Assembly (NCBI GenBank): GCA_964057225.1
Contig: OZ059897.1
Location: 18,104,001 to 18,168,000 of the forward strand
Source: Auanema rhodensis
Taxonomy: Eukaryota; Animalia; Nematoda
Direction: 5' to 3'
Length of the DNA stretch: 64,000 nucleotides
Shown: positions 11,201 through 25,000 of the stretch, piece after piece
Layout: each line of letters opens with the position of its first letter
Numbering within the stretch: position 1 is the first letter of the stretch
Notes under the pieces: generated by a model
What the model was told of the DNA's origin: nothing
What the model saw: the letters and a program-made list of their open reading frames with translations, nothing else
The model's database searches: none
Position numbers and translations under genes: made by a program

Positions 11201-14200
11201 GATGGACAATGTTATTCAACGAAAAAATTAATTCTTCAGGGTGAAAATCGAAGATATAAGTGTGAACTTATATCAGTTGATATCTCGGTGCATTTTTAAG
11301 CTAGCGCAAATCTGATAACACAGATCGACGCAGCTTAAAAATCCGCATCGAATGCACTATACTACATTGAGAAACGCTTAATACAAAAATTAGTTATAAT
11401 CGTTTGAAAAATGATGCATTAGTGTATGTTGAGTTTCCATGTACACTTAACATTGCTTCCAAAAACATTTTGACAAAAATTTTTTCGAAAAATTTCAAAA
11501 TAATTTAGCAAAAAGTAGATGTTTTTAGATTCCATTTTTCAAGGCAAAGACGATGGACAATGTTATTCAACGAAAAAATTAATTCTTCAGGGTGAAAATC
11601 GAAGATATAAGTGTGAACTTATATCAGTTGATATCTCGGTGCATTTTTAAGCTAGCGTAAATCTGATAACACAGATCGACGCAGCTTAAAAATCCGCATC
11701 GAATGCACTATACTACATTGAGAAACGCTTAATACAAAAATTAGTTATAATCGTTTGAAAAATGATGCATTAGTGTATGTTGAGTTTCCATGTACACTCA
11801 ACATTGCTTCCAAAAACATTTTGACAAAAATTTTTTCGAAAAATTTCAAAATAATTTAGCAAAAAGTAGATGTTTTTAGATTCCATTTTTCAAGGCAAAG
11901 ACGATGGACAATGTTATTCAACGAAAAAATTAATTCTTCAGGGTGAAAATCGAGGATATAAGTGTGAACTTATATCAGTTGATATCTCGGTGCATTTTTA
12001 AGCTAGCGCAAATCTGATAACACAGATCGACGCAGCTTAAAAATCCGCATCGAATGCACTATACTACATTGAGAAACGCTTAATACAAAAATTAGTTATA
12101 ATCGTTTGAAAAATGATGCATTAGTGTATGTTGAGTTTCCATGTACACTTAACATTGCTTCCAAAAACATTTTGACAAAAATTTTTTCGAAAAATTTCAA
12201 AATAGTTTACCAAAAAGTAGATGTTTTTAGATTCCATTTTTCAAGGCAAAGACGATGGACAATGTTATTCAACGAAAAAATTAATTCTTCAGGGTGAAAA
12301 TCGAGGATATAAGTGTGAACTTATATCAGTTGATATCTCGGTGCATTTTTAAGCTAGCGCAAATCTGATAACACAGATCGACGCAGCTTAAAAATCCGCA
12401 TCGAATGCACTATACTACATCGAGAAACGCTCAATACAAAAATTAGTTATAATCGTTTGAAAAATGATGCATTAGTGTATGTTGAGTTTCCATGTACACT
12501 CAACATTGCTTCCAAAAACATTTTGACAAAAATTTTTTCGAAAAATTTCAAAATAATTTAGCAAAAAGTAGATGTTTTTAGATTCCATTTTTCAAGGCAA
12601 AGACGATGGACAATGTTATTCAACGAAAAAATTAATTCTTCAGGGTGAAAATTGAGGATATAAGTGTGAACTTATATCAGTTGATATCTCGGTGCATTTT
12701 TAAGCTAGCGCAAATCTGATAACACAGATCGACGCAGCTTAAAAATCCGCATCGAATGCACTATACTACATTGAGAAACGCTTAATACAAAAATTAGTTA
12801 TAATCGTTTGAAAAATGATGCATTAGTGTATGTTGAGTTTCCATGTACACTTAACATTGCTTCCAAAAACATTTTGACAAAAATTTTTTCGAAAAATTTC
12901 AAAATAGTTTACCAAAAAGTAGATGTTTTTAGATTCCATTTTTCAAGGCAAAGACGATGGACAATGTTATTCAACGAAAAAATTAATTCTTCAGGGTGAA
13001 AATCGAGGATATAAGTGTGAACTTATATCAGTTGATATCTCGGTGCATTTTTAAGCTAGCGCAAATCTGATAACACAGATCGACGCAGCTTAAAAATCCG
13101 CATCGAATGCACTATACTACATCGAGAAACGCTCAATACAAAAATTAGTTATAATCGTTTGAAAAATGATGCATTAGTGTATGTTGAGTTTCCATGTACA
13201 CTCAACATTGCTTCCAAAAACATTTTGACAAAAATTTTTTCGAAAAATTTCAAAATAATTTAGCAAAAAGTAGATGTTTTTAGATTCCATTTTTCAAGGC
13301 AAAGACGATGGACAATGTTATTCAACGAAAAAATTAATTCTTCAGGGTGAAAATTGAGGATATAAGTGTGAACTTATATCAGTTGATATCTCGGTGCATT
13401 TTTAAGCTAGCGCAAATCTGATAACACAGATCGACGCAGCTTAAAAATCCGCATCGAATGCACTATACTACATTGAGAAACGCTTAATACAAAAATTAGT
13501 TATAATCGTTTGAAAAATGATGCATTAGTGTATGTTGAGTTTCCATGTACACTTAACATTGCTTCCAAAAACATTTTGACAAAAATTTTTTCGAAAAATT
13601 TCAAAATAGTTTACCAAAAAGTAGATGTTTTTAGATTCCATTTTTCAAGGCAAAGACGATGGACAATGTTATTCAACGAAAAAATTAATTCTTCAGGGTG
13701 AAAATCGAGGATATAAGTGTGAACTTATATCAGTTGATATCTCGGTGCATTTTTAAGCTAGCGCAAATCTGATAACACAGATCGACGCAGCTTAAAAATC
13801 CGCATCGAATGCACTATACTACATCGAGAAACGCTCAATACAAAAATTAGTTATAATCGTTTGAAAAATGATGCATTAGTGTATGTTGAGTTTCCATGTA
13901 CACTCAACATTGCTTCCAAAAACATTTTGACAAAAATTTTTTCGAAAAATTTCAAAATAATTTAGCAAAAAGTAGATGTTTTTAGATTCCATTTTTCAAG
14001 GCAAAGACGATGGACAATGTTATTCAACGAAAAAATTAATTCTTCAGGGTGAAAATCGAGGATATAAGTGTGAACTTATATCAGTTGATATCTCGGTGCA
14101 TTTTTAAGCTAGCGCAAATCTGATAACACAGATCGACGCAGCTTAAAAATCCGCATCGAATGCACTATACTACATCGAGAAACGCTCAATACAAAAATTA

Positions 14201-16020
14201 GTTATAATCGTTTGAAAAATGATGCATTAGTGTATGTTGAGTTTCCATGTACACTCAACATTGCTTCCAAAAACATTTTGACAAAAATTTTTTCGAAAAA
14301 TTTCAAAATAATTTAGCAAAAAGTAGATGTTTTTAGATTCCATTTTTCAAGGCAAAGACGATGGACAATGTTATTCAACGAAAAAATTAATTCTTCAGGG
14401 TGAAAATCGAGGATATAAGTGTGAACTTATATCAGTTGATATCTCGGTGCATTTTTAAGCTAGCGCAAATCTGATAACACAGATCGACGCAGCTTAAAAA
14501 TCCGGATCGAATGCACTATACTGCATTGAGAAACGCTTAATACAAAAATTAGTTATGATCGTTTGAAAAATGATGCATTAGTGTATGTTGAGTTTCCATG
14601 TACACTCAACATTGCTTCCAAAAACATTTTGACAAAAATTTTTTCGAAAAATTTCAAAATAATTTAGCAAAAAGTAGATGTTTTTAGATTCCATTTTTCA
14701 AGGCAAAGACGATGGACAATGTTATTCAACGAAAAAATTAATTCTTCAGGGTGAAAATTGAGGATATAAGTGTGAACTTATATCAGTTGATATCTCGGTG
14801 CATTTTTAAGCTAGCGCAAATCTGATAACACAGATCGACGCAGCTTAAAAATCCGCATCGAATGCACTATACTACATTGAGAAACACTTGATACAAAAAT
14901 TAGTTATGATCGTTTGAAAAATGATGCATTAGTGTATGTTGAGTTTCCATGTACACTCAACATTGCTTCCAAAAACATTTTGACAAAAATTTTTTCGAAA
15001 AATTTCAAAATAATTTAGCAAAAAGTAGATGTTTTTAGATTTCATTTTTCAAGGCAAAGACGATGGACAATGTTATTCAACGAAAAAATTAATTCTTCAG
15101 GGTGAAAATCGAGGATATAAGTGTGAACTTATATCAGTTGATATCTCGGTGCATTTTTAAGCTAGCGCAAATCTGATAACACAGATCGACGCAGCTTAAA
15201 AATCCGCATCGAATGCACTATACTACATTGAGAAACGCTTAATACAAAAATTAGTTATGATCGTTTGAAAAATGATGCATTAGTGTATGTTGAGTTTCCA
15301 TGTACACTCAATATTGCTTCCAAAAACATTTTGACAAAAATGTTTTCGAAAAATTTCAAAATAATTTAGCAAAAAGTAGATGTTTTTGGATTTCTTTTTT
15401 CAAGGCAAAGACGATGGACAATGTTATTCAACGAAAAAATCATTTCTTCAGGGTGAAAATCGAGGATATAAGTGTGAACTTATATCAGTTGATATCTGGG
15501 TGCATTTTTAAGCTAGCGCAAATCTGATAACACAGATCGACGCAGCTTAAAAATCCGCATCGAATGCACTATACTACATTGAGAAACACTTGATACAAAA
15601 ATTAGTTATGATCGTTTGAAAAATGATGCATTAGTGTATGTTGAGTTTCCATGTACACTCAATATTGCTTCCAAAAACATTTTGACAAAAATGTTTTCGA
15701 AAAATTTCAAAATAATTTAGCAAAAAGTAGATGTTTTTGGATTTCTTTTTTCAAGGCAAAGACGATGGACAATGTTATTCAACGAAAAAATCATTTCTTC
15801 AGGGTGAAAATCGAGGATATAAGTGTGAACTTATATCAGTTGATATCTGGGTGCATTTTTAAGCTAGCGCAAATCTGATAACACAGATCGACGCAGCTTA
15901 AAAATCCGCATCGAATGCACTATACTACATTGAGAAACGCTTAATACATAAATTAGTTATGATCGTTTGAAAAATGATGCATTAGTGTATGTTGAGTTTC
16001 CATATACACTCAACATTGCT

Positions 16021-19000
16021 TCCAAAAACATTTTGACAAAAATTTTTTCGAAAAATTTCGAAATAATTTAGCAAAAAGTAGATGTTTTTAGATTCCATTT
16101 TTCAAGGCAAAGACGATGGACAATGTTATTCAACGAAAAAATTAATTCTTCAGGGTGAAAATCGAAGATATAAGTGTGAACTTATATCAGTTGATATCTC
16201 GGTGCATTTTTAAGCTAGCGTAAATCTGATAACACAGATCGACGCAGCTTAAAAATCCGCATCGAATGCACTATACTACATTGAGAAACGCTTAATACAA
16301 AAATTAGTTATAATCGTTTGAAAAATGATGCATTAGTGTATGTTGAGTTTCCATGTACACTCAACATTGCTTCCAAAAACATTTTGACAAAAATTTTTTC
16401 GAAAAATTTCAAAATAATTTAGCAAAAAGTAGATGTTTTTAGATTCCATTTTTCAAGGCAAAGACGATGGACAATGTTATTCAACGAAAAAATTAATTCT
16501 TCAGGGTGAAAATCGAGGATATAAGTGTGAACTTATATCAGTTGATATCTCGGTGCATTTTTAAGCTAGCGCAAATCTGATAACACAGATCGACGCAGCT
16601 TAAAAATCCGCATCGAATGCACTATACTACATTGAGAAAAGCTTAATACAAAAATTAGTTATAATCGTTTGAAAAATGATGCATTAGTGTATGTTGAGTT
16701 TCCATGTACACTTAACATTGCTTCCAAAAACATTTTGACAAAAATGTTTTCGAAAAATTTCAAAATAATTTAGCAAAAAGTAGATGTTTTTAGATTTCTT
16801 TTTTCAAGGCAAAGACGATGGACAATGTTATTCAACGAAAAAATCAATTCTTCAGGGTGAAAATCGAGGATATAAGTGTGAACTTATATCAGTTGATATC
16901 TGGGTGCATTTTTAAGCTAGCGCAAATCTGATAACACAGATCGACGCAGCTTAAAAATCCGCATCGAATGCACTATACTACATTGAGAAACGCTTAATAC
17001 ATAAATTAGTTATGATCGTTTGAAAAATGATGCATTAGTGTATGTTGAGTTTCCATGTACACTCAACATTGCTTCCAAAAACATTTTGACAAAAACTTTT
17101 TCGAAAAATTTCAAAATAATTTAGCAAAAAGTAGATGTTTTTAGATTCCATTTTTCAAGGCAAAGACGATGGACAATGTTATTCAACGAAAAAATTAATT
17201 CTTCAGGGTGAAAATCGAGGATATAAGTGTGAACTTATATCAGTTGATATCTCGGTGCATTTTTAAGCTAGCGCAAATCTGATAACACAGATCGACGCAG
17301 CTTAAAAATCCGCATCGAATGCACTATACTACATTGAGAAAAGCTTAATACAAAAATTAGTTATAATCGTTTGAAAAATGATGCATTAGTGTATGTTGAG
17401 TTTCCATGTACACTTAACATTGCTTCCAAAAACATTTTGACAAAAATTTTTTCGAAAAATTTCAAAATAGTTTACCAAAAAGTAGATGTTTTTAGATTCC
17501 ATTTTTCAAGGCAAAGACGATGGACAATGTTATTCAACGAAAAAATTAATTCTTCAGGGTGAAAATCGAGGATATAAGTGTGAACTTATATCAGTTGATA
17601 TCTCGGTGCATTTTTAAGCTAGCGCAAATCTGATAACACAGATCGACGCAGCTTAAAAATCCGCATCGAATGCACTATACTACATCGAGAAACGCTCAAT
17701 ACAAAAATTAGTTATAATCGTTTGAAAAATGATGCATTAGTGTATGTTGAGTTTCCATGTACACTCAACATTGCTTCCAAAAACATTTTGACAAAAATTT
17801 TTTCGAAAAATTTCAAAATAATTTAGCAAAAAGTAGATGTTTTTAGATTCCATTTTTCAAGGCAAAGACGATGGACAATGTTATTCAACGAAAAAATTAA
17901 TTCTTCAGGGTGAAAATCGAGGATATAAGTGTGAACTTATATCAGTTGATATCTCGGTGCATTTTTAAGCTAGCGCAAATCTGATAACACAGATCGACGC
18001 AGCTTAAAAATCCGCATCGAATGCACTATACTACATTGAGAAACGCTTAATACAAAAATTAGTTATAATCGTTTGAAAAATGATGCATTAGTGTATGTTG
18101 AGTTTCCATGTACACTTAACATTGCTTCCAAAAACATTTTGACAAAAATTTTTTCGAAAAATTTCAAAATAGTTTACCAAAAAGTAGATGTTTTTAGATT
18201 CCATTTTTCAAGGCAAAGACGATGGACAATGTTATTCAACGAAAAAATTAATTCTTCAGGGTGAAAATCGAGGATATAAGTGTGAACTTATATCAGTTGA
18301 TATCTCGGTGCATTTTTAAGCTAGCGCAAATCTGATAACACAGATCGACGCAGCTTAAAAATCCGCATCGAATGCACTATACTACATCGAGAAACGCTCA
18401 ATACAAAAATTAGTTATAATCGTTTGAAAAATGATGCATTAGTGTATGTTGAGTTTCCATGTACACTCAACATTGCTTCCAAAAACATTTTGACAAAAAT
18501 TTTTTCGAAAAATTTCAAAATAATTTAGCAAAAAGTAGATGTTTTTAGATTCCATTTTTCAAGGCAAAGACGATGGACAATGTTATTCAACGAAAAAATC
18601 ATTTCTTCAGGGTGAAAATCGAGGATATAAGTGTGAACTTATATCAGTTGATATCTGGGTGCATTTTTAAGCTAGCGCAAATCTGATAACACAGATCGAC
18701 GCAGCTTAAAAATCCGCATCGAATGCACTATACTACATTGAGAAACGCTTAATACATAAATTAGTTATGATCGTTTGAAAAATGATGCATTAGTGTATGT
18801 TGAGTTTCCATATACACTCAACATTGCTTCCAAAAACATTTTGACAAAAATTTTTTCGAAAAATTTCGAAATAATTTAGCAAAAAGTAGATGTTTTTAGA
18901 TTCCATTTTTCAAGGCAAAGACGATGGACAATGTTATTCAACGAAAAAATTAATTCTTCAGGGTGAAAATCGAAGATATAAGTGTGAACTTATATCAGTT

Positions 19001-22000
19001 GATATCTCGGTGCATTTTTAAGCTAGCGTAAATCTGATAACACAGATCGACGCAGCTTAAAAATCCGCATCGAATGCACTATACTACATTGAGAAACGCT
19101 TAATACAAAAATTAGTTATAATCGTTTGAAAAATGATGCATTAGTGTATGTTGAGTTTCCATGTACACTCAACATTGCTTCCAAAAACATTTTGACAAAA
19201 ATTTTTTCGAAAAATTTCAAAATAATTTAGCAAAAAGTAGATGTTTTTAGATTCCATTTTTCAAGGCAAAGACGATGGACAATGTTATTCAACGAAAAAA
19301 TTAATTCTTCAGGGTGAAAATCGAGGATATAAGTGTGAACTTATATCAGTTGATATCTCGGTGCATTTTTAAGCTAGCGCAAATCTGATAACACAGATCG
19401 ACGCAGCTTAAAAATCCGCATCGAATGCACTATACTACATTGAGAAAAGCTTAATACAAAAATTAGTTATAATCGTTTGAAAAATGATGCATTAGTGTAT
19501 GTTGAGTTTCCATGTACACTTAACATTGCTTCCAAAAACATTTTGACAAAAATGTTTTCGAAAAATTTCAAAATAATTTAGCAAAAAGTAGATGTTTTTA
19601 GATTTCTTTTTTCAAGGCAAAGACGATGGACAATGTTATTCAACGAAAAAATCAATTCTTCAGGGTGAAAATCGAGGATATAAGTGTGAACTTATATCAG
19701 TTGATATCTGGGTGCATTTTTAAGCTAGCGCAAATCTGATAACACAGATCGACGCAGCTTAAAAATCCGCATCGAATGCACTATACTACATTGAGAAACG
19801 CTTAATACATAAATTAGTTATGATCGTTTGAAAAATGATGCATTAGTGTATGTTGAGTTTCCATGTACACTCAACATTGCTTCCAAAAACATTTTGACAA
19901 AAACTTTTTCGAAAAATTTCAAAATAATTTAGCAAAAAGTAGATGTTTTTAGATTCCATTTTTCAAGGCAAAGACGATGGACAATGTTATTCAACGAAAA
20001 AATTAATTCTTCAGGGTGAAAATCGAGGATATAAGTGTGAACTTATATCAGTTGATATCTCGGTGCATTTTTAAGCTAGCGCAAATCTGATAACACAGAT
20101 CGACGCAGCTTAAAAATCCGCATCGAATGCACTATACTACATTGAGAAAAGCTTAATACAAAAATTAGTTATAATCGTTTGAAAAATGATGCATTAGTGT
20201 ATGTTGAGTTTCCATGTACACTTAACATTGCTTCCAAAAACATTTTGACAAAAATTTTTTCGAAAAATTTCAAAATAGTTTACCAAAAAGTAGATGTTTT
20301 TAGATTCCATTTTTCAAGGCAAAGACGATGGACAATGTTATTCAACGAAAAAATTAATTCTTCAGGGTGAAAATCGAGGATATAAGTGTGAACTTATATC
20401 AGTTGATATCTCGGTGCATTTTTAAGCTAGCGCAAATCTGATAACACAGATCGACGCAGCTTAAAAATCCGCATCGAATGCACTATACTACATCGAGAAA
20501 CGCTCAATACAAAACTTAGTTATAATCGTTTGAAAAATGATGCATTAGTGTATGTTGAGTTTCCATGTACACTCAACATTGCTTCCAAAAACATTTTGAC
20601 AAAAATTTTTTCGAAAAATTTCAAAATAATTTAGCAAAAAGTAGATGTTTTTAGATTCCATTTTTCAAGGCAAAGACGATGGACAATGTTATTCAACGAA
20701 AAAATTAATTCTTCAGGGTGAAAATCGAGGATATAAGTGTGAACTTATATCAGTTGATATCTCGGTGCATTTTTAAGCTAGCGCAAATCTGATAACACAG
20801 ATCGACGCAGCTTAAAAATCCGCATCGAATGCACTATACTACATTGAGAAACGCTTAATACAAAAATTAGTTATAATCGTTTGAAAAATGATGCATTAGT
20901 GTATGTTGAGTTTCCATGTACACTTAACATTGCTTCCAAAAACATTTTGACAAAAATTTTTTCGAAAAATTTCAAAATAGTTTACCAAAAAGTAGATGTT
21001 TTTAGATTCCATTTTTCAAGGCAAAGACGATGGACAATGTTATTCAACGAAAAAATTAATTCTTCAGGGTGAAAATCGAGGATATAAGTGTGAACTTATA
21101 TCAGTTGATATCTCGGTGCATTTTTAAGCTAGCGCAAATCTGATAACACAGATCGACGCAGCTTAAAAATCCGCATCGAATGCACTATACTACATCGAGA
21201 AACGCTCAATACAAAAATTAGTTATAATCGTTTGAAAAATGATGCATTAGTGTATGTTGAGTTTCCATGTACACTCAACATTGCTTCCAAAAACATTTTG
21301 ACAAAAATTTTTTCGAAAAATTTCAAAATAATTTAGCAAAAAGTAGATGTTTTTAGATTCCATTTTTCAAGGCAAAGACGATGGACAATGTTATTCAACG
21401 AAAAAATTAATTCTTCAGGGTGAAAATCGAGGATATAAGTGTGAACTTATATCAGTTGATATCTCGGTGCATTTTTAAGCTAGCGCAAATCTGATAACAC
21501 AGATCGACGCAGCTTAAAAATCCGCATCGAATGCACTATACTACATTGAGAAACGCTTAATACAAAAATTAGTTATAATCGTTTGAAAAATGATGCATTA
21601 GTGTATGTTGAGTTTCCATGTACACTTAACATTGCTTCCAAAAACATTTTGACAAAAATTTTTTCGAAAAATTTCAAAATAGTTTACCAAAAAGTAGATG
21701 TTTTTAGATTCCATTTTTCAAGGCAAAGACGATGGACAATGTTATTCAACGAAAAAATTAATTCTTCAGGGTGAAAATCGAGGATATAAGTGTGAACTTA
21801 TATCAGTTGATATCTCGGTGCATTTTTAAGCTAGCGCAAATCTGATAACACAGATCGACGCAGCTTAAAAATCCGCATCGAATGCACTATACTACATCGA
21901 GAAACGCTCAATACAAAAATTAGTTATAATCGTTTGAAAAATGATGCATTAGTGTATGTTGAGTTTCCATGTACACTCAACATTGCTTCCAAAAACATTT

Positions 22001-25000
22001 TGACAAAAATTTTTTCGAAAAATTTCAAAATAATTTAGCAAAAAGTAGATGTTTTTAGATTCCATTTTTCAAGGCAAAGACGATGGACAATGTTATTCAA
22101 CGAAAAAATTAATTCTTCAGGGTGAAAATCGAGGATATAAGTGTGAACTTATATCAGTTGATATCTCGGTGCATTTTTAAGCTAGCGCAAATCTGATAAC
22201 ACAGATCGACGCAGCTTAAAAATCCGGATCGAATGCACTATACTGCATTGAGAAACGCTTAATACAAAAATTAGTTATGATCGTTTGAAAAATGATGCAT
22301 TAGTGTATGTTGAGTTTCCATGTACACTCAACATTGCTTCCAAAAACATTTTGACAAAAATTTTTTCGAAAAATTTCAAAATAATTTAGCAAAAAGTAGA
22401 TGTTTTTAGATTCCATTTTTCAAGGCAAAGACGATGGACAATGTTATTCAACGAAAAAATTAATTCTTCAGGGTGAAAATTGAGGATATAAGTGTGAACT
22501 TATATCAGTTGATATCTCGGTGCATTTTTAAGCTAGCGCAAATCTGATAACACAGATCGACGCAGCTTAAAAATCCGCATCGAATGCACTATACTACATT
22601 GAGAAACACTTGATACAAAAATTAGTTATGATCGTTTGAAAAATGATGCATTAGTGTATGTTGAGTTTCCATGTACACTCAACATTGCTTCCAAAAACAT
22701 TTTGACAAAAATTTTTTCGAAAAATTTCAAAATAATTTAGCAAAAAGTAGATGTTTTTAGATTTCATTTTTCAAGGCAAAGACGATGGACAATGTTATTC
22801 AACGAAAAAATTAATTCTTCAGGGTGAAAATCGAGGATATAAGTGTGAACTTATATCAGTTGATATCTCGGTGCATTTTTAAGCTAGCGCAAATCTGATA
22901 ACACAGATCGACGCAGCTTAAAAATCCGCATCGAATGCACTATACTACATTGAGAAACGCTTAATACAAAAATTAGTTATGATCGTTTGAAAAATGATGC
23001 ATTAGTGTATGTTGAGTTTCCATGTACACTCAATATTGCTTCCAAAAACATTTTGACAAAAATGTTTTCGAAAAATTTCAAAATAATTTAGCAAAAAGTA
23101 GATGTTTTTGGATTTCTTTTTTCAAGGCAAAGACGATGGACAATGTTATTCAACGAAAAAATCATTTCTTCAGGGTGAAAATCGAGGATATAAGTGTGAA
23201 CTTATATCAGTTGATATCTGGGTGCATTTTTAAGCTAGCGCAAATCTGATAACACAGATCGACGCAGCTTAAAAATCCGCATCGAATGCACTATACTACA
23301 TTGAGAAACGCTTAATACATAAATTAGTTATGATCGTTTGAAAAATGATGCATTAGTGTATGTTGAGTTTCCATATACACTCAACATTGCTTCCAAAAAC
23401 ATTTTGACAAAAATTTTTTCGAAAAATTTCGAAATAATTTAGCAAAAAGTAGATGTTTTTAGATTCCATTTTTCAAGGCAAAGACGATGGACAATGTTAT
23501 TCAACGAAAAAATTAATTCTTCAGGGTGAAAATCGGAGATATAAGTGTGAACTTATATCAGTTGATATCTCGGTGCATTTTTAAGCTAGCGTAAATCTGA
23601 TAACACAGATCGACGCAGCTTAAAAATCCGCATCGAATGCACTATACTACATTGAGAAACGCTTAATACAAAAATTAGTTATAATCGTTTGAAAAATGAT
23701 GCATTAGTGTATGTTGAGTTTCCATGTACACTCAACATTGCTTCCAAAAACATTTTGACAAAAATTTTTTCGAAAAATTTCAAAATAATTTAGCAAAAAG
23801 TAGATGTTTTTAGATTCCATTTTTCAAGGCAAAGACGATGGACAATGTTATTCAACGAAAAAATTAATTCTTCGGGGTGAAAATCGAGGATATAAGTGTG
23901 AACTTATATCAGTTGATATCTCGGTGCATTTTTAAGCTAGCGCAAATCTGATAACACAGATCGACGCAGCTTAAAAATCCGCATCGAATGCACTATACTA
24001 CATTGAGAAAAGCTTAATACAAAAATTAGTTATAATCGTTTGAAAAATGATGCATTAGTGTATGTTGAGTTTCCATGTACACTTAACATTGCTTCCAAAA
24101 ACATTTTGACAAAAATGTTTTCGAAAAATTTCAAAATAATTTAGCAAAAAGTAGATGTTTTTAGATTTCTTTTTTCAAGGCAAAGACGATGGACAATGTT
24201 ATTCAACGAAAAAATCAATTCTTCAGGGTGAAAATCGAGGATATAAGTGTGAACTTATATCAGTTGATATCTGGGTGCATTTTTAAGCTAGCGCAAATCT
24301 GATAACACAGATCGACGCAGCTTAAAAATCCGCATCGAATGCACTATACTACATTGAGAAACGCTTAATACATAAATTAGTTATGATCGTTTGAAAAATG
24401 ATGCATTAGTGTATGTTGAGTTTCCATGTACACTCAACATTGCTTCCAAAAACATTTTGACAAAAACTTTTTCGAAAAATTTCAAAATAATTTAGCAAAA
24501 AGTAGATGTTTTTAGATTCCATTTTTCAAGGCAAAGACGATGGACAATGTTATTCAACGAAAAAATTAATTCTTCAGGGTGAAAATCGAGGATATAAGTG
24601 TGAACTTATATCAGTTGATATCTCGGTGCATTTTTAAGCTAGCGCAAATCTGATAACACAGATCGACGCAGCTTAAAAATCCGCATCGAATGCACTATAC
24701 TACATTGAGAAAAGCTTAATACAAAAATTAGTTATAATCGTTTGAAAAATGATGCATTAGTGTATGTTGAGTTTCCATGTACACTTAACATTGCTTCCAA
24801 AAACATTTTGACAAAAATTTTCTCGAAAAATTTCAAAATAGTTTACCAAAAAGTAGATGTTTTTAGATTCCATTTTTCAAGGCAAAGACGATGGACAATG
24901 TTATTCAACGAAAAAATTAATTCTTCAGGGTGAAAATCGAGGATATAAGTGTGAACTTATATCAGTTGATATCTCGGTGCATTTTTAAGCTAGCGCAAAT

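Noticed and set aside
15300-23249. Three copies of a 75-aa ORF (MYTQYCFQKH...)
   Set aside because: It is in a different frame over the same DNA and is open only when A70G and T123C/A125T coincide. This is chance stop loss.
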